Shown piece by piece: positions 1-14,612 of a DNA stretch of 64,000 nt. Every line of letters starts with the position of its first letter. The first letter of the stretch is position 1. The notes under the pieces are model-generated. The model did not search any database and was not told where the DNA came from. It worked only from the letters and a program-made list of their open reading frames with translations. A program made the translations under genes and the position numbers. Source of the stretch: the human T2T-CHM13v2.0 reference genome, Homo sapiens; the NCBI RefSeq assembly GCF_009914755.1, contig NC_060934.1; one strand, given 5' to 3'.

Positions 1-720
<720 letters not shown>

Positions 721-2981
721 TGAACTTGTGTTGTAATAACAACAAAAAAAAAAAAAAAAAAAAGAAAGAAAAAATATCTGGTCTAGAATTATGGGGCAAA
801 GTCAAGATAGCATGCCTAAACCTAAGTCAGATGGTGGTGATCCACCATCTCTGTGAGATGATGAGACTTGAGAACAAGAAGACGGATTGTACTGCTTCTT
901 GGGGTTGAGACCCCACCAGCCCTGGTTTCTCTTGGGCTCTTTGCCTTGCATCTGTGGATGACAACTACAACACCATGTTTACTGAATGCTTTCTGTGTTT
1001 CCTTTACTATGATGACATTCATTTTACATGTGAAAAAATTGATTCTGAGAGAGGCTAAGTAAACCGGTCTAAAGTTACACCACTCATCAATGGAAAAGCT
1101 GGGACTCAAACCCCAGTCTGTTTCCATAGTCTAAGCTACTAATCATAGACTCTGCCACTGCAAGAGAGATTTTCTGTGATTCAGCAGACAGGCCTGCTCT
1201 GGCATCAGGCACCAACTTAACCATGACCTTGGGCAAGTCTTTTAGTCTCCCTCACCTCAACTTCTTACCTCTAGAGCAAGGGATTCAAAGGGGCTGGGGC
1301 TCCATCTGACTTGGAATCTGGACATTGCCAATGTGCACAGAAACCGGTTAGTGCCAGTGGAAACATTCTCAGAGCTTTTAGAAGAGAAGTCTTGAATTCT
1401 CTTTACTAGACTGCTTCCCAAAGAAGTGCTCAGTGGCTGTGGCAGTTTACAGTGCCTTGGAGGGAGTCCAAGTCCTCACTGGGACTGGAAAGTCAGGCAC
1501 AGTTCACTCTCTTCTCTGCTACCCACACACTGATGGCTTTTCCCTTGCCAGGGCCAGTTTAGGCAAACTGCCACAGGAAGTTGGCAAGGTGTGATGTTGG
1601 TGCTATGCAGTCTGGTTCTATGCAGAACTATAACCTGTTTCCAAGAGGCTCAGCTTCACAACAACTCCATGGGGGCAAAGGGTACTATGGTCATTCCCAT
1701 TTTATGATGTGAAGTCTGATCCTCAGAAGGGTGACAAAACTTACTCAAGGCCACCCATCTTCTTGACATCAGAGCTAGGGCCTTTAGCCCCCAAACCATT
1801 CACCCTCCTTTCCTTTCTTGTGCTGGCCCCCTTTCTCAGGGTTGGGACAGGGATGCATCCTGCAGCAATCACAGACCCAGTAGCTTTCCCACGCATGCGG
1901 GCCAAAGTGGCAGGAGCTTGCGGATGGACAGGCCCGTGCCTGGTTTTCTCAGCCAGTGCCAGTGAAGAGCCAGAGGGAAAAAGGCTGGGAGGAAGCTAAG
2001 GAGCCTGGGTAAACCAGTGGAGGAAAACAGCGGAAGAGACTAGGGAAAGGCAAAGACAGACAAGGAAGCGTGGCAGATGCTGGCAGTGGTTTTTCTGTTC
2101 TTTTTTGTGGAGACAAGGAAGAAAGAAGGAAGAAGAAAAGACATCTGAGACTTGAGCAAATGGGCAAAGGCCCTTTTAGGCTCAAGGCTTTATTTCTGTG
2201 AGACAAATTGGTTCCCTATTTTATCTGTTCAGTAAACTCAACATTCTATACATCAGATTGGCATGGAGTGGGCATCTGTTTTATCAGGAGAATGACTCAG
2301 ATGAAAACATCGTTTACTCATTGCATCCAGCCCAGCCTCTATTGGCAAGAACATTACAATAGCCTAATATTGGGATGGACAACTCCTGGCCTATGTGTCA
2401 TCTTTACCTCCTCCCTTGCCTTCTGTCCTCAGAGCCAATCTGCCAAGATTCTCCTTGGAAATATTTCCACATTTACCCTGCTGTCACTATAGCCCAGGCC
2501 CCCACTTGGTTCACTGATCAGCCTCTTGCTACTTCTCAGTAGTGAGATCCACCCCCAATCTCATCCCCATGCCTCCAGCTACTGACCTTTCTTAAGGACC
2601 TCAGAGGAATTTCCTTTCTTCTAGAACCAAGTACCAATGTCATTCATGCCTCACTGTGACTGAGTCTCCTTGATGGTCCATCTTATTCCTCACTAATTCC
2701 CAGCAGGTGACCATCCCTTTAGCCAGACGGGTCATCAAACACTCTTTTCTCCTCATCAGTCACATGGCCCAGCCGCTAGTCAGAACCACCACCCAGAAGT
2801 GAAGAAGCAGATACACAAGGCCTTAGGAAATCAGGAGTCCAGGTAATTTCCATCAGTCAGGGCCATTATGGAGCCAAAGAGCAGGCAAGGGTGGAGAGGC
2901 AGTTTTCGGTCCAAGGAATGGGTGTATCAGAGATGTGGAAAGCTGAGATAACACTCATGGCCTCCAAGAGGTGAGGGTCTA

Positions 2982-3334
2982 TGATATGGTTTGTTTGTGT
3001 CTCCACCAAAATCTCAACTTGAATTATATCTCTCAGAATTCCCATGTGTTGTGGGTGAGACCCAGGGGAAAGTAACTGAATCATGGGAGCTAGTCTTTCC
3101 CGTGCTATTCTTGCGGTAGGGAATAAGTCTCACTAGATTTGATGGGTTTATCAGGGGTTTCCACTTTGGCTTCTTCCTCATTCTCTCTTGCTGCTGCCAT
3201 GTAAGAAGTGCCTTTCACCCTCTGCCATTATTATGAGACCTCCCCAGCCATGTGGAATTATAAGTTAAATTAAACCTCCTTTTCTTCCCAGTCTCAGGTA
3301 TGTCTTTTCAGCAGTGTAAAAATGGACTAATACA
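2982..3334 (+). mobile_element. THE1A-like MaLR solo LTR
   Basis: tgatatggtttg...gatgggtttatcaggggtttcc...ggactaataca termini. Confidence 0.9.
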
Positions 3335-4546
3335 CTCTGTCTGCCCTATGTCCTCAGTAGCAAATGCTGTGGCTGTTGATTGTCATTTTCTGTTACCTTT
3401 TATCTGATGAAGCTTGACTAGTCTCCCAGTCTTTCTACTTAGGCAGTCCATCTGGATTCAAAGGGTCCCCAAACAAAAGCAGAGCAGACTTGAGCAAATA
3501 TTTTATGTTCTTAAATATTCCATTGTCTCCAATTCAATATATATTTGTGATCCCAATCCCATCATAAAGATATCATAAAGATTTCCCTTATCTCCAATTC
3601 AATGTATAAATTTAATGTGATCCCAATAAAAATACCAAGAGGATCCTCTCCCTCCTCCCAAGCCAGATCTAGACAACTTGGTTCTAATGCTTCTTTATAA
3701 AAATAAACAAGCAAGAATAGCCAAGAAACCCTTGAAAAAGAAAAACAAGGAATGGGAAGGGACTAGCCTTCCTAGACATTAAAGTACAGTATGAAGCCTC
3801 TCTAATAAAAACAGCGTGGTATTGCTGCATGACCAATGGAAGTAATGAGAAAATATGTAGATAAATAGAAGATTATAAGCAAATTAAGTATATTATGAAT
3901 GTGGCATATCTAATGGGGAAAAATAGGCTTTTCAATAAACAGTACAATTGCACAGCCATTGGGAAAAGTACAAAACTTAGATTCATACCTCAAATCATTT
4001 GCAAGAGTGAACTCCCAATGGATCAAAAATCTAAATGTAAAACATGAAGCCATAATATACCTGAAGAAAACACAGTTAAATTTCTTTATAACCTTATCTA
4101 TGATTTAAAATCTAGAACTAATAAAAGAAAATCTTAATAAATTTAACCTGAGAAACATAAAAATTTTTTCATAGCAAAAAACACCATAAGCAGTATCAAA
4201 AGATAAAAGATAAATTGGGAGTCAAGAGTTGCATCATATATCACAGAACCAAAGGCTAATATCTCCTTAATAGGTAGAGATCCTAAACTTTGAGATAAAA
4301 AAAAAAAAAAAACCAACTAGACAAAAAGTGGGCAAAACCATGAACATGAAAGGCAGGAGGCCTTTAAATGGATGAAAAGTATGCTTAACCACACTCCTAT
4401 TAAGAGAAAGATTATTATAATCATGCTGAAGAAATATTTCAGATAAGCAAAAATCTAAAAGTCTGATGATGCTGTTGTTAAGGCTGTGAGGAAAAGACAC
4501 CCTTTGCTTGCAAAATGTTGTACTCCCCTAGGAGGGGATTTGGCAA

Positions 4547-4987
4547 TGAGGTAGGAGGTGGGGCTTGGACACCAGACCAAATTGAGGACTGTATAAAACA
4601 AGTCAGGCTGGAAGCACCTCCCATGTCAGTTTACCATTGCCATGGCAACACCCAGAAGTTACCACCCTTTTCTCTGGCAATGACCTGACAACCTGGAAGT
4701 TACCACCCTTTTCCTAGAAATTTCTGCATTAAACTACCCCTTAATTTGCATCTAATTAAAAGTGGATATAAATATGAGTGTAGCTCTGCCTCTCAGCCGC
4801 TACTCTGTGCACACCGTCTATAAGTAGTCCTGCTCTGCAAGGAGCAGTGCTTCTGCTGCTGCTGTAGGCTGCCGCTTCAATACAAGTTGCTGTTTAACAC
4901 TATTGCTGGCCCTTGAATTCTTTCCTGGACAAAGCCAAGGACCCTCTGGAGCTAAGCCCCGATTTTGGGCTTGTCTGTCCTACATCA
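4547..4987 (+). mobile_element. ERV1 solo LTR, MER66-like (copy 1)
   Basis: TG...CA termini (tgaggtagg...tacatca), perfect 4-bp TSD GCAA. Confidence 0.85.
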
Positions 4988-5330
4988 GCAATACCTAATA
5001 AAATTACTTGAATTTACCTTATGACCCAAGCAACCTCAATTCTAGGAACCTATCCTGAAGATACACCTACATATGCAACATCTGCACACATTTATTGCAG
5101 TTTTATTGGCAATAGCAAAAGATCAGAAACACCTAAATGTCTAGCAATGGGAGACTGGTTGAATACATTTTGTGTATTCACACACACACATACACAGGCA
5201 CTTGTTATTGCAACAATAAACACCGGAAGGGTAAATCAGAAGCTAATGAAAGTAGTCACTCATGGGAGGCAGAAGGGAGCTGGAAATAGTGGGGACGTGA
5301 TAGGGATTAGATAGATTCTCTGGATCTATC

Positions 5331-5615
5331 TTTTTTTTTTTTTTTTTGAGACAGAGTCTCATTTGTCACTCTGGCTGGAGTGCATCAGGCTCACAGCAGC
5401 CTCAACCTCCTGGGTTCAAGTGATCTTCCTACCTCAGTGCCCGAGTAGCTGGGACCACAGGCAGACACCACCATGCCCAGCTACTAGTTTGTGATTTTTG
5501 TAGAGATTGGGTCTCACCACACTGCCCAGGCTGGTCTCAAATTCCTGGGCTCAAGTGATCTGCCCGCCTTGGCCTCCCAAAGGTGTGATTACAGGCATGA
5601 GCCACCGTGCCCTGC
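5331..5615 (-). mobile_element. AluJ-like
   Basis: Antisense Alu flanked by TSD ctggatctatc. Confidence 0.9.
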
Positions 5616-6226
5616 CTGGATCTATCTTTTTATTAAGTTTTGTCTTTTAAACTAGGTAACCGTTTGACATAAACAAAAAAAAAAAAATTAAGGCAAAGAA
5701 AAAAAGGCAAATCTTAAAGACAAAAATGAATTTAGATGGTAACATATCACAGAGGAGAGAATTATTTCAAGTGACTCTTGAACACAGTCCTCTGAGCATT
5801 CTCTGTGAAACTTATTCTAAGAATAAAAATAACTGCAAAGAAATCTTGAACTTTACTCAGTATTTTTATTTTTAGTAGTAAAACTATGGGTTTTGCTGTT
5901 TGAAGTGAAATTTTGTATATGGTATGAAAAATTAGTAGGAATGAAGATTTTTGGTATAGGAGAAAAAAGTAAAAATATAAAATCAAAGAAAAAATGTGGT
6001 AATTTCAAATTTAATGGAAAATATCAATCTGAACTTATGATTTTTCTAGCACTAGACACTGAAAAGTCATAGAAGTAATGACGGTCCAAATTTTACATAC
6101 ATCAAATATGTTCAATTACAAATATAGTAAGAAAAGGATTCTCCACTAAAAGGAACCAGGTTCTCATTGAAGAAAGGGTTGATTTCAGGGAAAATAGAAG
6201 GAGAACCTGGACTACCTTGTGCCATA

Positions 6227-6462
6227 AAAGTAGTCACCCATGGGAGGGAAAAGGAGTTGGAAATAGTGGAGAAGTGATAGGAATTAGATAGATTCCCTGG
6301 ATTTTTTTTTAAGACAAGTTCTCACTTGTCACTCTGGCTGGAGTGCAGTGGCGCCATCATGACTCACTGCAGCCTCAGTCTCAATCTCCTGGGCTCAAGC
6401 AATCCTCCCACCTCAGCACCTGAGTAGCTGGGACCACAGGCACGCACCACCATGCCCAGCTA
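6227..6462 (+). repeat. Diverged local copy of 5249-5483 (L1 flank + Alu half)
   Basis: aaagtagtcac...gaaatagtgg...ttagatagatt...tgtcactctggctggagtgca...ccaccatgcccagcta shared between the two sites. Confidence 0.85.
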
Positions 6463-8752
6463 ATGTGGTGCAGATCTTTGAAAGAGGCACATAGGAGCAG
6501 ATCCTTGAAAGAGGGTCCAGTAGACAATTTTGGGACAATTTGAGCATTTATAAAAAATGACTGTAATTTATTTTAAAACATGGAAAAAATAAAAATCCAC
6601 CAGTCCATAAAAACATAACCAAAAAACAAAGTCATTTGCCAACACTGAAGGTAACTATTCCGTCAGCTTTTTAATTGAAAATGTAAAAAATTAAATCAGC
6701 TGGAAATTAAAGAATAATAAAGCAATTTTCCTGATGTTTTTAGGAGAAATTAAAAATCCTCAATTTTCACAGAATGCTAGCTAATAAATGTAGAATGAAT
6801 GATAGAATTAGAAAACTACCATTTTGCAACCCCAAATGAAGAATTTATTTAGGCAAGGATCATCAATTAATGCTAAAACCAGTAGGTAAAATGTTGTTGG
6901 GGAGCATCATATCCTTATGACATCACAAGGTATCAAAGTCCCATGCCCGAGGCTGCTGGCTGATTGCAAAGCTGACCTTTACAGAGTTGACAGCTGACTG
7001 GTACTCACGTAATCAAATTCAGCATTATCCATATTGCTTCCTGATGCAAAATGAAGTACATCTCACCTATGAAATATCTCAATTTAATCAACTTTTAAAT
7101 CTAGCTTCCAGCTTATACAGAATGAACATATAATGAATCATCCAAAGTAGGGCATCTCTGGGAGTGAAAGAAGACTCAACCAACAATTATAGCAGGACTG
7201 CAGGTGTAAACAGAGAGGACATTCCTAGGCAAACTGGAATGTGAGATCCTGCTAGGTTTATAGGAAATAAAGGGGATACAGGAACACGTTGAACAGCATT
7301 AAGAGAAAACAGTTATAATAATTTAAAAATCCAGATGTAGAAATTCTACAAGACTACCACTTGGTCTTCTTAATGTTAAAAGACCAAGAATGCTAGATGG
7401 TATTAGGGAATTGTTAATGTTCTTAGGTATGGTAATGGTACCATGGTAATGTAGAGGAAGATCCTTATTCGGATACTTTTGGGAGGTGCACACTGATGAA
7501 TGTAAGGTTTAAGTGTCATGATGTCTACAACTAATTTTCAAATGGTTCAAAAAAATGTTAGCAATGATCAAAGTTGGGTGATGAGTGTATGGGTATTCAT
7601 TGTACCAGTCTTTCAACTTTGCTACATATTTGAAATTTTCATGTAAGAGTTTTAAAAATGGCAGGACTTGAAATGTCTCTAACCTTCAACCCTTTCCAGA
7701 GAGCCATCTGGGATATTGGAACTGCCTGGTGCCCCAGGCCTCCTCATCAGTGCTCTTTCCATCAAGGAAGAATCCTGGCTGGGGCCCTCCTGTCATAGTC
7801 ATCTCATCTCCCAAATATTGTGCCAATCTTGACCATTTTCTTATTTCTCGTGGCCTGTCCAAATCTCACTCACCATCAAGGCCCACTTTCTTTTGGAAGC
7901 TATTCCTATTTCCTTCTAGTCCACTTGGGCCTCTACTCTGATCTCCTCTATCTCCCTGTCTTTTGAGCATAGTTTTGACTTATTTTTCATAAGTATATAT
8001 CCTGTTACCATGATAAAATTATAAACATCCCCGCGAAACGACTATATTCTATTTCTTTGGTCTTTCTCTGTGGCAAGCACAAAACTAGACCATTCTTTGT
8101 ATAGAATAAATATGTTCTGAATTAAATGTGGAAGTTATTAAAAGACATCAACAAAAAAATACTTGTGAGATGCAACTACTTTTCAAACTCAGGAACTGAA
8201 TTGATGTTGAAAATCATTGAAATTCTAATAGTTTACCTATGCCGAATGGGGAACTACATGGCCATGGAAGCCCTGCTTTCCAATCACAGTATTTCTTTCA
8301 ACTGAGCCTGGTCATAAACTAAGAGTCCTTTTCAAAACGTGTTCAGGAAGTCACTGCTAAGTACTCAGAGCGGACAGTCCAGCAGAAATGTATTTGTCAG
8401 ACTGTCCAAAGAGAAGAGTAAGGAATCAAACTTCCATCTCCTAGAACTCACCATCTGTCATTAACGCCAGTACTACGGTCTCTTTCATATTGTCTTTCTG
8501 ACTCCACTTGCACGTCTTACCTACCTCCAAACTCTACTTCTAGTCCCCTAACTTTCCAAACGGATCCCTGGACTCTCCAGGCTTCATCAGCATTTCCTTT
8601 ACTATCATCCCTGGAACAGTCTCCATTGGACGATGGTATCCCCTGCAGTATGGGACCCAGATTCCCTCGGCTTCAAAGTGCTGTGATATTGGACTACATT
8701 ATGCTCAGCATTCAGTCATAATTTGACAGATCTGGAATAGGCCTTCAAGAGA

Positions 8753-8875
8753 AAGCTGCCAGATTTAGCAAATAAGAATACAGGATGCCTAGTTACACTT
8801 TAGATAAACAATGCTTTTTCAGTAAAAGCACATCCCAAATATTGCATAATGTCCTGTCCTTCATCTGGGAAATCC
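8753..8875. mobile_element. MER53-like hAT MITE, internally deleted
   Basis: ctgccagatttagcaaataagaatacaggatgcc...atgtcctgtccttcatctggg TIR remnants. Confidence 0.6.
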
Positions 8876-9369
8876 ACGAGGAGAAAACCAAGGCCCAGAG
8901 AGTGAACTGACTTGCAAAAGTCCATTTTAGAGAAAAACCCCAAGCCAGAAAAAAACAGGAGCAGAAAGAACTAAGATCTCCTTACTCCTGACCCATGTAT
9001 AATGTTTTTTGTGTGTGTATGTGTAAAAACAACAATGTCTGTGGTCAAGATATGTTGAATCAGTACAAGGAAGCAAATTTCTCATGAAAAAAAATTTTGT
9101 ACATGTTTTCTATTAATTATTTAGCCAAATAATTTGGGCCTCTAGGATGAAATGGCGTAAGGAAATTCTCAGATCTCCAACCTGAGATTATCTGAGTGGA
9201 ATAATTCAAATTCCTTCTTAAGAAATGGCAAACCAAAGACTGGACAGACTGGAAATATCAAAGAATGTATGTGGAGCTGGAGCGAGGGAATTGAATGCGT
9301 CACTACCATCCTTCCAGACCACGACTGCCAATCTGTGTGATTTCAACGTTCTGCTTTTTTACAAATGAG

Positions 9370-10250
9370 AAGACCCGGTATATAAAGTGTAACAAATATT
9401 TATAGAAAGCCACTTTTTATGAAGAAATCTTTTTAGATATTCTATAACATTACTGTCTTTCAAATCAATAAGTAACTGGCTAATATTCCAATAGAAAAAT
9501 GAGCAAAGAACACAAAAGGTTAATTCACAAGAGAAGAGATCCAGATGGCTGATAAAAATATAAACTAGCTCACAATCCCACTAAACCAAAGAAACACAAA
9601 TTAAACCAAGTATAAAATACCACTGATTTTTTAACCTACCAAAGTAAGCTTTTAAAAAGTTATAAAATTCAGGTTTGGCAAAGGCATTGTTAAATGGGTG
9701 CTCTTGCCACTGACAGGACAACAAATTGATAGAAACTTCCTAGAAGGCAGTTTGGTTCTAGGTATCAGGATTCTTAAAATGTTCATATGCTTAAAAGAAA
9801 AATATAAAATTTTATTAATTTTTCCTAAGTGTAGAATTATTTATACCAGTATAGAATTAGAAACGATGTAAACATTCAACAATAATATAATAACTTCATA
9901 AATTATGATATAGCCGTAAGTGGAATGCTCTGCAGCCATTAAAAACAGTGTTTTCAAATAATCTATAACCATATAGGAAAATCTTTACAATGGACCAAAA
10001 AAAAAAAAAAAAAAAAGGGCAGGGCCTGAAACTGTCCATATAGTTTGATTCAGGTTTTATAATCTCGCACACAAACACAAAGGAAAACACACTGATACAT
10101 TAAGTCTAAGTGTGATTCTCTCTGGGTGATTATCATATCCACTTAAAAAATGTTCCTAAATTTAAAGAATCTTAAAATCTTAAGATCTTTGGATTTATTT
10201 TTAAATTACAGTAAAAATTGGAAACATACTTTGTGTACAGGTAAAATATA
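9370..10250 (+). mobile_element. Old L1M fragment
   Basis: aatagaaaaatgagcaaagaacacaaaagg, ggaatgctctgcagccattaaaaa. Confidence 0.6.
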
Positions 10251-10257
10251 ACTGCTT

Positions 10258-10710
10258 TGTATAAGTTCCTTACAGCTGCCATAACAAATGACCACAGATA
10301 TGGTGACTTAAAAAAACAGAAATTTATTGTCTCACAGTTCTGGAGACCAGAAGTCTGAAATCAAGGTGTCAGTAGGGCCATGCTTCCTCCAAAGGCTCTG
10401 GAGAAGAATCCTTCTTTGTCTCTTCCAGCTCCTTGTGGCTCCAGCCACTCCTTGGCTTGTGGCTGTATACCTCAAATCCCTGCCTCTGTCTTCACATGGT
10501 CTTCTCACTTCTCTCCAAGTCTCTCCTCTGTGTTGCTTATCAGGACACTTGTTACTGAATTTAGGGCCCACCCACTTAATCCAGGATAATCTCAAATTGG
10601 CATCCTTAATATAATCAAATCTGCAAATACTCGCTTTCCAAAAAATGTCACATTCACAGGTTCTAAGTGTTAGGCAGTAGACTTATCTTTTGGAGGACTA
10701 TCATTCAACC
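10258..10710 (-). mobile_element. MLT1 (MLT1B/C-like) MaLR LTR, interrupted at its end by MER66 copy 2
   Basis: gctgccataacaaatgaccacag...ctcacagttctggagaccagaagtctgaaatcaaggtgtc. Confidence 0.8.
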
Positions 10711-11163
10711 TGGGGTAGGAAGTGGGACTGGACTCTGGAGGCGGTGCTCTGACACCAGACCAAATTGAGGGACTAGCTAAAACAGGTGCGTGGCAGAAGC
10801 ACCTCCCGCTAAGGCACGCCCAACAGTGTGCTGTGTCAGTTTACAGTTGCCATGGCAACACTCAAAGGTTACTGCCCCTTTCCATGGCAATGACCCGACA
10901 ACCTGGAAGTTACCATCCTCATCCTAGAAATTTCTGCATAAACCACGCCTAAAAGTGGGCATAAATATGAATGCTGCACTATCTCTGAGCTGATGCTCTG
11001 GGCACACTGCCTATGGCGTAGAACCTCTGCTGCTGCTGTACACCGCTGCTTCAATAAAAGTTGCAGTTTAACACCACTGGCTCACCCTTGAATTCTTTCC
11101 TAGGTGACGCCAAGAAGGCTCCCAGGCTAAGCCCCAATTTGAGGGCTTGCCTGTCCTGCATCA
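10711..11163 (+). mobile_element. ERV1 solo LTR, MER66-like (copy 2)
   Basis: tggggtagg...ctgcatca termini, perfect 4-bp TSD AACC, homologous to 4547-4987. Confidence 0.85.
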
Positions 11164-11433
11164 AACCTGCTATATACTGTAAGATGGTAGTTTTACTTAC
11201 AAATGTCAAACATATAAAAAATATTTGTGTTTCATTTAGGACTCTTTTAACTGCAAGTAACAGCCCAACTCAGGCTGGATTTAAAAAAAGGAAATTGTTG
11301 GTATATCCAAATGTGCTGCATCTGAGCAGGCTGCAGAGTTTAGGAACCAAACACTATGGCTAGGACCATTTTTTTTCACTCTGTGTGAGTCGTAGCTAAT
11401 TTATTCCTTAAAGGTGGCCAGCTGGCTCTGGCT

Positions 11434-11815
11434 CAGTGTGCTGCTGGATCTAGCTCATATCAACTATTCAGAGAAAATTGTTAAATTTTCAGAAAGTTTG
11501 TGAATCTATTGTTAACACAGCCATTATTTGAAAAAAATAAATTATATAAGATTATAATTCAATAAATTATATTTTTAAAATGTTATAAATACTCAAAATT
11601 CATGTCTTCCTATTTTACATTTTATATTTTCTATGCTCTTGAGGTGAGTTTCATCTATTGTACTTACGTCTACAATGGAAATACTATGATGGTCAGCAAC
11701 ATTATGTTAGAGCTTGAAATCAGCATGACGGAAGTGTTTCCACCACACGAATTGGCAAATGCTACAAATCAGAGTTGTTTTTCGAGAGCCAGTTGTTAAA
11801 TATTCACCACCACCA
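11434..11815 (+). mobile_element. MER63-like hAT-Blackjack element (a shorter relative lies at ~23812-23915)
   Basis: cagtgtgctgctgga...gagagccagttgttaaatattcaccaccacca. Confidence 0.65.
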
Positions 11816-14077
11816 TTCCAGCTGCCCCGGACTCACAGCCCCTCAGGTTCAAGTACAGCAGGATAAAGATGGCACCCTCAAAAGTAATGAGATTCACCCT
11901 GATTGGATATTTTGTCTGTCTTTCCATCTCTGAGCCAAACACCAAAGCCAGAGGGAAAGTAATACCCTATCCTCCATCCTAGAGCTAGGTTAGTACACAC
12001 CCAAGCCTATATATATAGGGTGATCACTCCATGACTATCAGGAGATGTCACTGGAAGAAGGGAAAAATGGCTGCTGGGGAAACGTCAAAGTATATCCACC
12101 ATAGTTGTCAAGCAGTAGCTTACACATGGTCTCAAGGGCTCCTTCTTTCATTCCTCATTGATAAGAGGCATGTGGTTCTGGACCAATGAAGCTCTGGTAA
12201 ATGGGGTGAGATGGGCAGGTTCTGGTGCAGATCTCTTCCCCATAACCCCCAACCTCTCTTTTTGGTGGGATGATGTCCCCGCTGTCTTCTCCCTCAGGCC
12301 TGTTTTTTTTTAATGCTCACAGCTTGGCTCCAACTTAGATGAATGGAGCATGCATTTATAGGTTGTGTAGGTTCCTGAGATTTTTTAAAAAATGAATTTA
12401 TTTCTTCCTTTTGAGGGGTTCCTAGTCAAATGGAGGAGACATATACAAATAAATAATAACCAAATGATGTAAAGTGTGCTTTCACAGACATATGGAAAAG
12501 CTGCACTGGGGAAGTTCAGAAAATTAGGGACAGACTCCCAGAGAAGAGGACATACGTGAGCTGGACCTTTACATCCAAATAGGTTTCCTGTGTGGCTAGA
12601 GGAGCACAGAGAAGATGTTCCATTCCAAAGGAACACAGAGAGCTAAGGTACCACAAGGTCACCTGGGTTCCTTTACTCCACCCTTTTTCCAACACCCTAG
12701 ACACCCTAGAAAGATTTCCCTTCCTCTCTCACTCTCTTTACCATTCTGAGCCAAAATAGAACCCAAACATGGGAGCGACACAAAAGCACTGCTGAATGCA
12801 GACTGGTGTGGAGGATGAAGAACATGCCCAGGCTTTAAACTGAACACGCAAAGAGCCTGGGCCATTGGAAGGACCCACAGGCACCTTGGAAATCCCCAGC
12901 TGCCTCCACCACAACATCAGGTGAAATCCATTCCTCTTCCAGTATAAGCATTCAAGGCCAACCATTCCTTGCTTTGTTAGCTTTTCTTTTTGGCTCAATT
13001 ACTGTATCAGCACAGAATCATTTTCTATTTTCATCTCCAGGGCAGACGTTTCTCCAACAGTCTTTTGAGCCTGGGGACCAAAACACCATTTATAGCTTTG
13101 CTTCTATGGGAAAAAGTGCTTTTAAGTACCAAACAACTGACTTACAAATAAATGATTAAACTCAACTGCCCTTAAGCAATGAGCTTCCTGTAATGTTTTG
13201 CACAGTTCAGTGCCAAAGGCTAATGTGTGTGTGTATGTATGTGTGTGTGTTTTAACATTTCTAAATATGGGCGCCAGGTGTTGCATTTTCAGACTGACCG
13301 AGTGTAACTTTTTTCTTCTTAAAGCAACAGAGTCGTTTTTTTTTAGTGAACATGTATCTGTTTAAAAGAAAAGGTGAAAGAAATGGCAGGGGCCACAAAA
13401 GAAAAGCAACACTGAAACTTTAGTGGAGAAAGATATATTTGCACCATATAAGAAAAGAGGTTAACTTATTTTTAAAACTTTATTATTACAGATTAAGGCA
13501 AGCCTGCAACCATAGGGAAAGTTCAAAGATCAAAACCTCCTGCACAGCTTGGTTTTACTTTGAGTCCAGCGACCCAAAGAGATCTCCACGATGAGGTTTC
13601 TAGTCTCTTTCAAAGCAAGCCCAGATGAACAAAAATTTTAAAAGCATGCTGTGAAGATAGTACATAAACTGTGTCCCCGATAAATCAGTATCAGGGTGAC
13701 CCCATCAGAAGGAGTGACCATGCAAATTGCTTTTTTGCATCAAAAGAAGACGACAGGGCTTAGTGCTTGATTCATTTCAATCTCCCACTCCTTGATTCCT
13801 CTCTGTTTCTTTTCTATACCCTTGACTGATCTTCTGTTCTCAGTCTTTTCGTTTCTCTCTCACTTCCTCTAACAGCAGGATATGATATAGTGAGAATTAA
13901 TACTCCCAAACAAAAAAAAATTAACTATAGTTTTTTTTATCCTTTCAAAACAAAACCATTTCTTTACTGCTGTTCTTTCAAGATTCATGATGTTTGTGTA
14001 TACTGGCATGATGAAGCATTTTTCCCTGTATGCATTGGTATATGATTTTTCTATATCCCTGAATGGTAGGTATTTTA

Positions 14078-14424
<347 letters not shown>

Positions 14425-14450
14425 AAAACTTGCTTGTGTTTTTGAACAAA

Positions 14451-14612
14451 GTCCAATATTTCATGGAGAGCAGGACTGGCTATGTATGTTGTGAGATCCA
14501 GTGCAAAATGAAGATGTGAGTCCCCTTCTTCAAATTGTGAGACAAGGTGAGAGTCTTCTGAATGTAGGGCCCTCTGTGACTGCACAGGTCCAGGTCCATG
14601 GAGCGGGCTCTG
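14451..14612 (-). mobile_element. MER45-like hAT-Tip100 element
   Basis: ccagtgcaaaatgaagatgtg...gggccctctgtgactgcacaggtc. Confidence 0.55.

Larger units (their letters stand above)
3480..7660 (+). mobile_element. Fragmented old L1 (L1MC/MD-like, ORF2 end + 3' UTR), interrupted by LTR and Alu
   Basis: Degenerate ORF2 text (aatgtgatcccaataaaaatacc, aaaacagcgtggtattg, tgacccaagcaacctcaattctagg) and L1MC-type 3' UTR; no intact ORF. Confidence 0.75.

Noticed and set aside
3525-3630. Small tandem duplications (tctccaattcaat..., atcataaag x2)
   Set aside because: Ordinary slippage inside a decayed L1
4547-11163. The two MER66-like LTRs as ends of one provirus
   Set aside because: Each has its own different TSD, and the interior is L1/Alu/MLT1, not gag-pol-env
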